Assembly: GCF_032444005.1 (NCBI RefSeq)
Contig: NC_091285.1
Location: forward strand, 492,838,001 to 492,902,000
DNA length: 64,000 nt
From: Ranitomeya imitator
Lineage: Eukaryota
Direction: 5' to 3'
In this document: positions 38,441 through 50,350 of the stretch, piece by piece
Layout of the letters: each line of letters begins with the position of its first letter
How positions within the stretch are numbered: position 1 is the stretch's first letter
Made by a program: the position numbers and the translations under genes
Notes under the pieces: model-generated
Databases searched by the model: none
Seen by the model: only the letters and a program-made list of their open reading frames with translations
What the model was told of the DNA's origin: nothing

Positions 38441-38796
38441 AGTAGGGCTGTGTTCATGGGAAAAGAAACAGTACCCAATCAATGTACAAAGGCGTCGCCC
38501 CACCATATTAGCACTCTGCCTAAGTTATATTACTCCTATCCTTTGTGCCCTATAGAGTGGCGGCGTCTTTGTACATTGATTGGGTACTTTTTCTTTTCCC
38601 ATGAACACAGCCCTACTGGCTATCATTAGCACATGACTGATGAAAGTCCCTTTAGACTGAAACGTTTCAAGTGCTACAAATAAATCTATTCCACGTTTGC
38701 TGAAGATGAGTGCTAGACTTCTTTTTTATTTGTATTGATGGTCTGGGAACCTAGTCTATGCACCATATAGTGACTGTGCACACGGTGTTTTCACTT
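38441..38796 (+). mobile_element. Short Penelope-like insertion with 5' foldback
   Basis: 14-bp TSD atgctgtgagttct (38427-38440, 38797-38810); absent from the paralogous LTR; ~58-bp inverted repeat; hammerhead, AATAAA and TGAGTGC follow. Confidence 0.82.
38627..38676 (+). ncRNA. Type-I hammerhead ribozyme motif
   Basis: tagcacatga-CTGATGA-A-agtc[ccttta]gact-GAAA-cg-TT-tcaagtgcta: 10-bp stem I with one mismatch, 4-bp stem II, loopless stem III. Confidence 0.8.
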
Positions 38797-38988
38797 ATGC
38801 TGTGAGTTCTGTCTTCTTCCGGCTTCATGCTGGGTGCCTCTTGTCTCCTCCCTGCTCTCTTCATACTTCCTGGGTGTGTGCATAGGAGGGTGGCTCCGGC
38901 CCTCCCTGGCTCTTATTGAGTCAGTGTGCATCTTCCTAAGGTGTCCCTAGCTAATTGTCAAGAGGCCTCTGTTACTTAAGGCATCCCC

Positions 38989-41900
38989 TGTTGTGAATTC
39001 GGTTGTCGGGCTCCCTCCTGTGGTCATGAATGGTACTTCGGCTGGTTCTGTCCATGGACTTCCTCTGGTGGGTGTTTCTGAGTTTCACAGGTGACGAGGT
39101 TAATTCGTTAGCTGCTGCTCTATTTAACTCCACTTAGATCTTTGCTCCATGCCACCTGTCAATGTTCCAGTATTGGTCTAGTTCAGTCCTGGATCGTTCT
39201 TGTGACCTGTCTTCCCATCAGAAGCTAAGTTCCAGCTTGTATTTCTTTGGTTTGCTATTTTTCTGTCCAGCTTGCTATTTAATTTGTTGTCTTGCTTGCT
39301 GGAAGCTCTGGGACGCAGAGGGAGCGCCTCCGCACCGTGAGTCGGTGCGGAGGGTCTTTTTGCGCCCTCTGCGTGGTCTTTTTGTAGGTTTTTGTGCTGA
39401 CCGCAAAGTAACCTTTCCTATCCTCGGTCTGTTCAGTAAGTCGGGCCTCACTTTGCTAAATCTATTTCATCTCTGTGTTTGTATTTTCATCTTTACTCAC
39501 AGTCATTATATGTGGGGGCTGCCTTTTCCTTTGGGGAATTTCTCTGAGGCAAGGTAGGCTTTATTTTTCTATCTTCAGGGTTAGCTAGTTTCTTAGGCTG
39601 TGCCGAGTTGCATAGGGAGCGTTAGGAGCAATCCACGGCTATTTCTAGTGTGTTTGATAGGTTTAGGGATTGCGGTCAGCAGAGTTCCCATGTCCCAGAG
39701 CTCGTCCTTATTATCAGTAACTATCAGGTCATTCCGTGTGCTCTTAACCACCAGGTCCATTATTGTCCTGACCACCAGGTCATAACAGTACAGGTGGCCC
39801 AAAGTACTAATGCATCTCAATAGAGGGATAAGAAAAGTTCTGAGACCATTTTTTTTTCTTTGCAGTGTGTTTTGTCTCTATTTTCCCCTTTACCTCTGGG
39901 TGGTTCAGGACACTGGTGTAAACATGGACATTCAAGGTCTGTCCTCTTGGATGGATAATCTCACTACAAGGATACAAAACATTCAAGATTTTGTGGTTCA
40001 GAATCCGATGTCAGAGCCTAGGATTCCAATTCCTGATTTTTTGGTGATAGATCTAAGTTCTTGAATTTCAAAAATAATTGTAAATTGTTTCTTGCCCTGA
40101 AACCTCGCTTCTCAGGTGACCCTGTTCAACAAGTAAAGATCATTATTTCTTTGTTACGTGGTGACCCTCAAGACTGGGCATTTTCCCTTGCGCCAGGAAA
40201 TCCGGCATTGCGTGATGTTGATGCGTTTTTCCTGGCGCTTGGATTGCTTTATGACAAACCTAATTCAGTGGATCAGGCAGAGAAAATCTTGCTGGCTCTG
40301 TGTCAGGGTCAGGATGAAGCGGAGATATATTGTCAGAAGTTTAAAAGTGGTCTGTGCTCACTCAGTGGAATGAATGTGCCCTGGCAGCAATCTTCAGAAA
40401 GGGTCTCTCTGAAGCCCTTAAGGATGTCATGGTGGGGTTTCCCATGCCTGCTGGTCTGAATGAGTCTATGTCCTTGGCCATTCAGATCGATCGACGCTTG
40501 CGTGAGCGTAAAGCTATGCACCATTTGGCGGTACTATCTGAGCATGGGCCTGAGCCTATGCAATGTGATAGGACTTTGACCAGAGCTGAACGGCAAGAAC
40601 ACAGACGTCGGAATGGGCTATGTTTTTACTGTGGTGATTCCACTCATGCTATCTCCGATTGTCCTAAGCACACTAAGCGGTTCGCTAGGTCTGCCACCAT
40701 TGGTACGGTACAGTCTAAATTTCTATTGTCTGTTACTCTGATTTGCTCTTTGTCATCCTATTCTGTTATGGCATTTCTGGATTCAGGCGCTGCCCTGAAT
40801 TTGATGGACTTGGAGTATGCTAGGCGCTGTGGTTTTTTCTTGGAGCCCTTGCAGTATCCTATTCCATTGAGAGGAATTGATGCTACGCCTTTGGCCAAGA
40901 ATAAGCCTCAGTATTGGACCCAATTGACCATGTGCATGGCTCCTGCACATCAGGAGGATATCCGCTTTCTGGTGTTGCATAATCTGCATGATGTGGTCGT
41001 TTTGGGGTTGCCATGGCTACAGGTTCATAATCCAGTATTGGACTGGAAATCTATGTCTGTGTCCAGCTGGGGTTGCCAGGGGGTACATGGTGAAGTTCCA
41101 TTTTTGTCTATTTCATCTTCCACTCCTTCTGAAGTTCCAGAGTTTTTGTCGGATTATCGGGATGTATTTGATGAGCCCAAAGCCAGTGCCCTACCTCCTC
41201 ATAGGGATTGCGATTGTGCAATTAATTTGATTCCTGGTAGTAAGTTTCCTAAGGACCGATTGTTCAATTTATCTGTGCCAGAACACGCCACTATGCGGAG
41301 TTATATAAAGGAATCCTTGGAGAAAGGCCATATTCGCCCGTCGTCATCACCGTTAGGAGCAGGGTTCTTTTTTGTGGCCAAGAAGGATGGTTCTTTGAGA
41401 CCTTGTATTGATTACCGCCTTCTTAATAAAATTACTGTCAAATTTCAGTATCCTTTCCCGTTGCTGTCTGATTTGTTTGCTCGTATTAAAGGGGCTAGTT
41501 GGTTCACCAAGATAGATCTTCGAGGGGCGTATAATCTTGTGCGTATTAAACAAGGCGATGAATGGAAAACAGCATTTATACGCCCGAGGGCCATTTTGAG
41601 TACCTGGTTATGCCATTCGGGCTTTCCAATGCTCCATCAGTATTTCAGTCCTTTATGCATGACATCTTCCGAGAGTACCTGGATAAATTCCTGATTGTGT
41701 ATTTGGGTGATATTTTGGTCTTTTCGGATGATTGGGAGTCTCATGTGAAGCAGGTCAGAATGGTGTTCCAGGTCCTTCGTGCGAATTCCTTGTTTGTGAA
41801 GGGGTCAAAGTGTCTCTTTGGAGTTCAGAAGGTTTCATTTTTGGGGTTCATTTTTTCCCCTTCTACTGTCGAGATGGACCCTGTTAAAGTCCAGGCCATT

Positions 41901-44778
41901 TACGATTGGACTCAGCCGACATCTGTGAAGAGCCTGCAAAAGTTCCTGGGCTTTGCTAATTTTTATCGGCGCTTCATCGCTAATTTTTCTACTGTTGCTA
42001 AACCGTTGACTGATTTGACCAAGAAGGGTGCTGATGTGGTCAATTGGTCTTCTGCGGCTGTAGAGGCTTTTCAGGAGTTGAAGCGTCGTTTTTCTTCTGC
42101 CCCTGTGTTGTGCCAGCCAGATGTTTCGCTTCCGTTTCAGGTTGAGGTTGATGCTTCTGAGATTGGAGCAGGGGCTGTTTTGTCGCAGAGAAGTTCTGAT
42201 GGCTCGGTGATGAAGCCATGTGCTTTCTTTTCTAGAAAGTTTTCGCCTGCTGAGCGTAACTATGATGTTGGTAATCGTGAATTGTTGGCCATGAAGTGGG
42301 CATTCAAGGAGTGGTGTCATTGGCTGGAAGGAGCCAAGCATCGCGTGGTGGTCTTGACAGATCACAAGAATTTGACTTATCTTGAGTCTGCCAAACGGTT
42401 GAATCCGAGACAGGCTCGATGGTCGTTATTTTTCTCCCGTTTTGATTTTGTGGTTTCGTACCTTCCGGGCTCTAAGAATGTGAAGGCTGATGCCCTGTCA
42501 AGGAGTTCTGTGCCTGTCTCTCCGGGTGTTCCTGAGCCGGCGGGTATTCTCAAAGAGGGGGTAATTTTGTCTGCCATCTCCCCTGATTTGCGGCGGGTGC
42601 TGCAAAAATTTCAGGCTGATAGACCTGACCGTTGCCCAGCGGAAAAACTGTTTGTCCCTGATAGATGGACTAGTAGAGTTATCTCTGAGATTCATTGTTC
42701 AGTGTTGGCTGGGCATCCTGGAATCTTTGGTACCAGAGATTTGGTGGCTAGATCCTTCTGGTGGCCGTCTTTGTCGCGGGATGTGCGTTCTTTTGTGCAG
42801 TCCTGTGGGACTTGTGCTCGGGCTAAGCCCTGCTGTTCTCGTGCCAGTGGGTTGCTTTTGCCCTTGCCGGTCCCGAAGAGGCCCTGGACGCATATTTCTA
42901 TGGATTTTATTTCGGATCTCCCCGTTTCTCAAAAGATGTCGGTCATTTGGGTGGTTTGTGATCGCTTTTCTAAGATGGTCCATTTGGTACCTTTGTCTAA
43001 ATTGCCTTCCTCCTCTGATTTGGTGCCATTATTTTTCCAGCATGTGGTTCGTTTACATGGCATCCCGGAGAACATCGTTTCTGACAGAGGTTCCCAGTTT
43101 GTTTCAAGGTTTTGGCGATCCTTTTGTGCTAGGATGGGCATTGATTTTTCTTTTTCCTCGGCTTTCCATCCTCAGACAAATGGCCAAACCGAACGAACTA
43201 ATCAAACTTTGGAAACATATCTGAGATGCTTTGTTTCTGCTGATCAGGATGATTGGGTGTCCTTTTTGCCGTTGGCTGAGTTCGCCCTTAATAATCGGGC
43301 CAGCTCGGCTACTTTGGTTTCGCCGTTTTTCTGCAATTCTGGTTTCCATCCTCGTTTCTCTTCAGGGCAGGTTGAGTCTTCAGACTGTCCTGGTGTAGAT
43401 GCTGTGGTGGATAGGTTGCAGCAGATTTGGACTCATGTGGTGGACAATTTGACATTGTCCCAGGAGAAGGCTCAACGTTTCGCTAACCGCCGGCGCTGTG
43501 TGGGTCCCCGACTTCGTGTTGGGGATTTGGTTTGGTTGTCGTCTCGTTATGTTCCTATGAAGGTTTCCTCTCCTAAGTTTAAGCCTCGTTTCATTGGTCC
43601 GTATAAGATTTCTGAGGTTATCTATCCTGTGTCATTTCGTTTGGCCCTTCCTGATTCTTTTGCCATCCATAATGTGTTCCATAGGTCGTTATTGCGGAGA
43701 TATGTGGCGCCTGTGGTTCCATCCGTTGATCCTCCTGCCCCGGTGTTAGTTGAGGGGGAGTTGGAGTATGTGGTGGAGAAGATTTTGGATTCTCGTGTTT
43801 CGAGACGGAAACTCCAGTACCTGGTCAAGTGGAAGGGTTATGGTCAGGAAGATAATTCCTGGGTTTTTGCCTCTGATGTTCATGCTGCCGATCTGGTTCG
43901 TGCCTTTAATTTGGCTCATCCTGGTCGGCCTGGGGGCTCTGGTGAGGGTTCGGTGACCCCTCCTCAAGGGGGGGGTACTGTTGTGAATTCGGTTGTCGGG
44001 CTCCCTCCTGTGGTCATGAATGGTACTTCGGCTGGTTCTGTCCATGGACTTCCTCTGGTGGGTGTTTCTGAGTTTCACAGGTGAGGAGGTTAATTCGTTA
44101 GCTGCTGCTCTATTTAACTCCACTTAGATCTTTGCTCCATGCCACCTGTCAATGTTCCAGTATTGGTCTAGTTCACTCCTGGATCGTTCTTGTGACCTGT
44201 CTTCCCATCAGAAGCTAAGTTCCAGCTTGTATTTCTTTGGTTTGCTATTTTTCTGTCCAGCTTGCTATTTAATTTGTTGTCTTGCTTGCTGGAAGCTCTG
44301 GGACGCAGAGGGAGCACCTCCGCACCGTGAGTCGGTGCGGAGGGTCTTTTTGCGCCCTCTGCGTGGTCTTTTTGTAGGTTTTTGTGCTGACCGCAAAGTA
44401 ACCTTTCCTATCCTCGGTCTGTTCAGTAAGTCGGGCCTCACTTTGCTAAATCTATTTCATCTCTGTGTTTGTATTTTCATCTTTACTCACAGTCATTATA
44501 TGTGGGGGGCTGCCTTTTCCTTTGGGGAATTTCTCTGAGGCAAGGTAGGCTTTATTTTTCTATCTTCAGGGTTAGCTAGTTTCTTAGGCTGTGCCGAGTT
44601 GCATAGGGAGCGTTAGGAGCAATCCACGGCTATTTCTAGTGTGTTTGATAGGTTTAGGGATTGCGGTCAGCAGAGTTCCCATGTCCCAGAGCTCGTCCTT
44701 ATTATCAGTAACTATCAGGTCATTCCGTGTGCTCTTAACCACCAGGTCCATTATTGTCCTGACCACCAGGTCATAACA
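38989..44778 (+). mobile_element. Full-length young Gypsy chromovirus (sushi-like)
   Basis: LTRs 38989-39787 and 43979-44778 (by eye ~3 substitutions and 1 indel); PPT aagggggggg before the 3' LTR; TSD atcccc. Confidence 0.97.
39924..44084 (+). pseudogene. Gypsy gag-pol (Gag, CCHC, protease, RT, RNase H, integrase, chromodomain), disrupted
   Basis: [14 protein letters not shown]; AFLDSGA; IDLRGAYN; YLGD in place of YLDD; VDASEIG; SDRG...ERTN; GPY; EYVVEKILD...YLVKWKGY. Three apparent frameshifts near 40050, 40340 and 41580. Confidence 0.95.
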
Positions 44779-46899
44779 ATCCCCGCCCATAGGAGAATGC
44801 CTGAGCAACTTACTTCCTCAGTTAGTTTCTTGCTGCTGAGGTGCCTGGTCTTGTCTTGCTATTTCTCTTGTGTCAGCCACCCAGAGGGGCTTCACACCCT
44901 GGCCTGTACCTGTGTCTCTTGTTTCTGTCACCCAGTGGGGCTTCGTACCCTGGTCTGAGTCCTTGTTTCTGTGCCTTGTCCCGTTCCTGACCCTGTCTGA
45001 ACCTAGTACTATACCTGTGTCTGTTTGTATCCCTGTCTGTACCCCTTCCTATTCCTCTGTGTGTTTCCTTGTATTCACTCCTTCTCGTTTTTGCTCTGCC
45101 TCCTGCGATTCTGCCCTTGGCTCCGCCTCCAGCGGTCCTGCTCTTTGCCCCACCCTCAGCGGTTCTGATCTTTGCCCTGCCTCCTTCGGCTCTGCTCTTT
45201 GCTCTGCCTTCCTGCGGTTGTGGTCTTTGCTCCACCTTCTCGGGTTCTTGTCTTTACTCCGCCTCCTTCTGCTCTGCCCTTTGCTCCACCTTCTTTGGCT
45301 CTGCTCTTTGCTCTGCCTCCTGCGGTTCTGGTCTTTCCTCTGCCTCCAGCAGCCACAGCCAGACACCACCCTGGAGTACCTAGGAGCTACCTGCCGCACA
45401 AGCCTGACCTCACCATCAGAGGCTCCAATGAACACCAAGGAAGCTGCTTAGTCATGCCCCTTCCAGGGTTGTCTGGTTAGTCTGGTTAGTGGCACAGTGG
45501 GGCCACAATCCCCTTGCTCATGCCACCCAGTCAAGGCGTGAATGTGAGAAAGGTATTTATTACTATGTAGTGTGTGTGCTCCTACTCGTGTGTGTGTGTG
45601 TATGTGTATATATATATATATTGTCAAGGCTAACAGCTGGGGGGGTCACACAATTGAATGATGTGATTGACAAGGCCAAGGTTGCTTTCACTACTTTGCT
45701 AGTTATTTGGGAACTTACAGTAAGCGGATGCTATATACACCTCTGATTCCAATGCATGGAATATATATATACCTCTGACCTGTCACTGCCAGCTGCACAA
45801 TAACAAAAAAAGACTACCACTAATAGCTGTCACCATCAATCATACAAGCCAATTGGACACTCACTACAGATAGTGTATGACTTCAGAGGTACGGTTCACA
45901 GAACAAAAGGAACAGAGCTATTAAATTTTATGTATTTTCCAGAAAGATAAGCTAGTGTTTGTGAAAATATACAAGATGATATCAAATGGAAACAAAACAA
46001 TAAGATAAACACAATTGCATGAAATAAAAAGGAATAACAAAAGAACATTACTAAACATGATGTTACGAATGCGTTATCTTTGTTCCTTCGCTATGACTCC
46101 GAAAATATATCTCCCCTAAATATCAGATTGATGCAAACCCCAAAATTCATCACTGACCACTGGCTCCAAAACGTCTAGGACGATTATTTGATCAGAGGAA
46201 GCCCTATCCTTGGGAAAGGTACTTCTCGCCTTTGCGTAAACAGATCTCAGTCTTGTTATCTTCTTCTCAACAAATCTCCCTGCTGTAATATCTGGTCACT
46301 GCAGGAGGCCCTTACTTCAATGGAGATGGAAGTGTCAGCTTTCTTTTTCTTCCCTAGTTATAATTAGTTTTTCTCTTTCCAGCTATAATTAATCCCATAT
46401 ATTCAATGTGTAGTTATTCTTCAATGGAGGTTGAAGTGTTAGTTCTTTCTCTCTTCCCATATGTTCAATGTGTCCGCTCTCTGGAGATCTCTGTATGGGT
46501 TTTAATTTTTCTCTACACACATGGACAAAATTGTTGGTGCCCTTCTGATAAAGTAAGAAAAAAAACACAATGGTCACTGAAATAACTTGAAACTATCAAA
46601 CGTAATGTTCACTGTAAACTTACAGAATATCTGAAATGGCCTGGACAAAAATGAAGATACTGTACCTCTAGAAAAGATTTAAAATAATTTGACCATAGAA
46701 ACATGTAAAACTAAGGTGCGTCCTGTAATTAGCATCACAGATATCTACAACATGTAATCAGCCAGTCTTTGAAAAGTAGTCATTGTGCTGTTTGGTATCA
46801 TTGTGTGTACCACAGTGAATATGGACCAAACAAAAGCTAAGGAGAGAATTGTCTCAGAAGATTAGAAAGAAAATTATAGACAAACATGTTAATGTTAAA

Positions 46900-47258
46900 G
46901 GCTATAAGACATCTCCAAACAGCTGGATGCTCCTGTTACTACAGTTGTAATAATAATAATTTTCTCGTTGCCGAGATCTGAATCTGAGCATGTGCCGCCT
47001 CTGGCGGCCATTTTGCCAGAGGCCACCACACCGCATCGCAGCAATGGATGTTCAGGGGCCTCCAAGCTTTGACGAAATGTCGGCGGAGATCCACCACCAC
47101 ACCACAGATTCCTGTCACAGCCACATTAGCCTGGGAAGGGAGGCTACATCGGGACTTCCGACACAGGATTTGTAAGTATATTCCTACCATAAGACGCACC
47201 CCCATTTCCCCCCAAAAAAATTTGGGAAAAAAGTGCCTCTTATGGTACGGAAAATAAT
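46900..47258. mobile_element. Right-end fragment of a Tc2/pogo-type element within a Tc1 remnant (~46500-47525)
   Basis: ataagacgcaccccc...gtgcctcttatggtacggaaaata resembles 21262-22107. A flanking Tc1 fragment encodes WENVFWTDETK. Confidence 0.55.
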
Positions 47259-48099
47259 GTACATCAGTGTTAGATCCCACCATCTGTCACTGTCTTGGCT
47301 AAAGAGGACTTTATGAAAGATGACCAAAGAGGAAACCACTGTTGAAAGCAAATAATAAAAAAAGCCAAACTGAATGTTAACAAACCACAAAGCTTCTGGG
47401 AGAATGTCTTTTGGACAGATGAGACAAAACCTGTAGCTTTGTGGCAAGTGACATCAGCTCTATGTTCACAGATGCAAAAATGAAGCATACGAAAAAAAGA
47501 ACATTTTACCTACTGTGAAACATGAGAATTGATTAACAAGGAATTATATATAAGGTCTATAGATGGGTCTATATAAGTCTATCGTATATATGACCAATAT
47601 TATCAAAGTTTTGATCGCATAGACCGGACTTATATAAAGGGACAATCGGTAAAAAAACTATTAAATGAAGGAGGAGGAAGAAGCAAACAACCGACCAACG
47701 AACGTCCCAATAATATATATAGTAATTTATTAAGAAAATAATAATAGCAACAGGGGTATCCATACAATGGTGTAAAACATCTTATTAAAATACCAGATAA
47801 AAATAAAACTCAAAAAACAGTAAAAAATAGGACGCACACTCAAGATGTATATTGTTATAGAAAGAAAGAAACAAGATCCAGTTCAATATGCTAATAATTA
47901 TATGGGAAAACTCAAAACAAAATCGCAATAGTGAGTTCAAATGTGCCTAATAAATATAGTGCCAGTGCAATCCTCAATGCTTTTTTTAAAAAAATACCAC
48001 AAGTCTCCCATATACGATGTAGTTTATATAGAGATGTTCATATCATAGTGAACCCATATGTGATAAGACACTTCATAGTGTAAGACATAATAAACTAAG

Positions 48100-48890
48100 T
48101 CTCTTAGTATGGTAACTTACATAGCAATGGCGTTCCTACATCCCAGTGGCGTCCACCTAAGGAGGGGCGGAGGACATTACCACGTGTCTGCACTTTATTT
48201 GTTTTGTTTTTCCATTAAGCCAGAAAGGCTCTGTTTTTGTTTTGTGAACTCTGCCTTGGTGTATGCTGACTCCAATAAACCAGCAGGTACATCACCACCA
48301 AAGTGTTCCTGTGTCTACCTAGGAAAGCAGCTAAGCGTGTTAACCCCTCACATGTGGTGGAGAATGCGGGCAGCATTCTAGGAACAAGTATGGAGGTGCT
48401 TGTGGAGCATTTCATCCAAGTACAGCAGCAACATCAGCTCGCCAGTCAGCAGCAGCAAGCGGCGCATCAAGAAATTAATAAGCTGTTAGCACAGCAGCTT
48501 CAACACAAAATGCAGCAGCAGTGACAGCTGCAGGAGGTTCTAACATGGTAAATGGAGCTCCTTGCAGAGGCAGTTCGTGCAAAGCCGGCATTCTCCTTCG
48601 TCTTCAGGTAATGACGGTAAGACGAGCCTTACAGAAAATGACCGGGGATGATGTTGAAGCCTTTTTGACTGTGTTTGAGCGGGTAATGGAGCGTGAGAGG
48701 CTACCATCAGAGCAGTGGGCAGAGGTGCTGGCCCCCTATTTGGTGAACCCCTAAAGGTGTATTACGACTTAGCCCTCCAAGATAGCAAAGAGTATGACAA
48801 ATTAAAAAATTAAATTCTGGCTTGCTTGGGAGTGACAATGTCGGTAAAAGCTCAGCGAGTCCATCACTCGGCATATGCTGGACTCTGTGA
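48100..48890 (+). mobile_element. Gmr1-like Gypsy 5' fragment (LTR end, PBS, gag remnant)
   Basis: LTR-like end ...cctcaCA, PBS tggtggagaatgcgggca (48355-48372), and broken gag LQKMTGDDVEAFLTVFERVMERERLPSEQWAEVLAPYL. Left boundary is uncertain. Confidence 0.7.
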
Positions 48891-49659
48891 CCTATTATTG
48901 CTCAGGCCCGGATTGCTAATCTGTCCTGTCGGGCATTTGCTCGATGGGCTACGGTGTGCCACCTCTTGGGGGGGCCGCCAGCCTTTTTTTCCAGCTGCCA
49001 ACCCCTTTTAGTTTTTCAGGCACCTAGTGGTGCAGCATCACGGGGGGCGGGGCGTGCACATGTAGCTGGAGCCATGGCCGGCCTCAGCGAAATGCACGCA
49101 GTGGTGAGTGGGCGCAGCTCCTGGCACACAACTAAAAGAAGAGGGTGCGTTACTTACATAGTGATCGCACGCAGCATCCTCCTCTTCTCTGTGTGCAGAT
49201 CTCTGAATCTGACCGATCAGCCAGGACCAGGTGGGGGAGGAGCATCAGCGTGCAGACAGAGGAGCAGAACAGAACAGCAGGACAAAATGAGACAACTGCT
49301 CTGTGTGCACACTGCACAGCACCCTCTAGGTCTCCAGTGTTCATCTCCGCTTTTGCCGTGCTGAGATAAGTAACAGGAAGAGGCGGATTTGACAAATGAT
49401 AAATTAAACATGGCAGGTTAGAGTATGTGTGTTTTCCTATGTGTGTGAGCGTGCTTTTGTGTGTGTCTTTTGCAATGTGTGTGAGCATGCATGTATGTGT
49501 GTTTTGCAATGTGTGTGAGTGTGCATGTGTGTGTATTTTCCAATGTGTGCTTGTGTTTTGCAGTGTACGTGATCGTGCATGTGTGTTTTCATATATATGT
49601 GTATGTGTAGGCAGCCCATAATTTCACTTTCAAATATCATAATCAGTCCTAGCATATCC

Positions 49660-50350
49660 CGTGTGGCGGATGCACGTTGGCCCCGGCGTGTCCAGAGTGG
49701 CAGATACACGTAGGCCCTGGCGTGTCCCATGTGACAGATACACGTCGGCTCTGGCGTGTCTCGTGTGGCGGATACACGTCGGCCCCAGCGTGTCCAATGT
49801 GGCGGATACACGTCGGCCTTGGCGTGTCCTGTGTGACAGATACATGTCGGCCCTGGCGTGTCTCGTGTAGCGGATACACGTCAGTCCCGGCGGGTCACGT
49901 GTGGCAGATTCCCGTCAGCCCTGGCGTGTCACGTGTGGCAGATTCTCGTTGGCCCTGACGTGTCACGTGTGGCATATTCTCGTCGACCCTGGTGTGTACC
50001 ATGTGGCGGATGCACGTCAGCCCCGGCGTGACCCATGTGGCGGATACATGTCAGCCCCGGCCTGTCCCATGTGGCAGATTTACGTTGGCCCCGGTGTGTC
50101 CATTGTGGCGGGTACTCATCAACCCCGGCGTGTCCGGTACTTGTTGGCCTCGGCGTGTCCACTGTGGTGGGTACATGTCGGCCCTAGTATGTCCCGTGTG
50201 GCAGATACACGTCGGCCCCGGCGTGTCACATGTGGCAGATTCTCGTCAACCCCGACGTGTTCCATGTGGTGGGTACTTGTCGGCCCCGGCGTGTCCCGTG
50301 TGGTGGGTACACGTTGGCCCTGTTATGTCTCGTGTGGTGGATACATGTTT
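49660..50350. repeat. GC-rich ~38-bp minisatellite inside a probable T2/Kolobok element ending at ~50636
   Basis: Unit approximately cgtgtggcggatacacgtcggccccggcgtgtc; downstream end gttccctttaa. Confidence 0.75.

Larger units (their letters stand above)
35055..45542 (+). mobile_element. Older non-autonomous (gag-only) LTR retrotransposon
   Basis: 5' LTR 35055-36903 and 3' LTR 38347-~45542 (interrupted by two inserts), visibly diverged from each other. Gag remnant at 36917-37279 (PPYYDGDPKQCRVFLEQC...KVGFLMTYLAGDALKW). No pol found and no TSD found. Confidence 0.8.
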
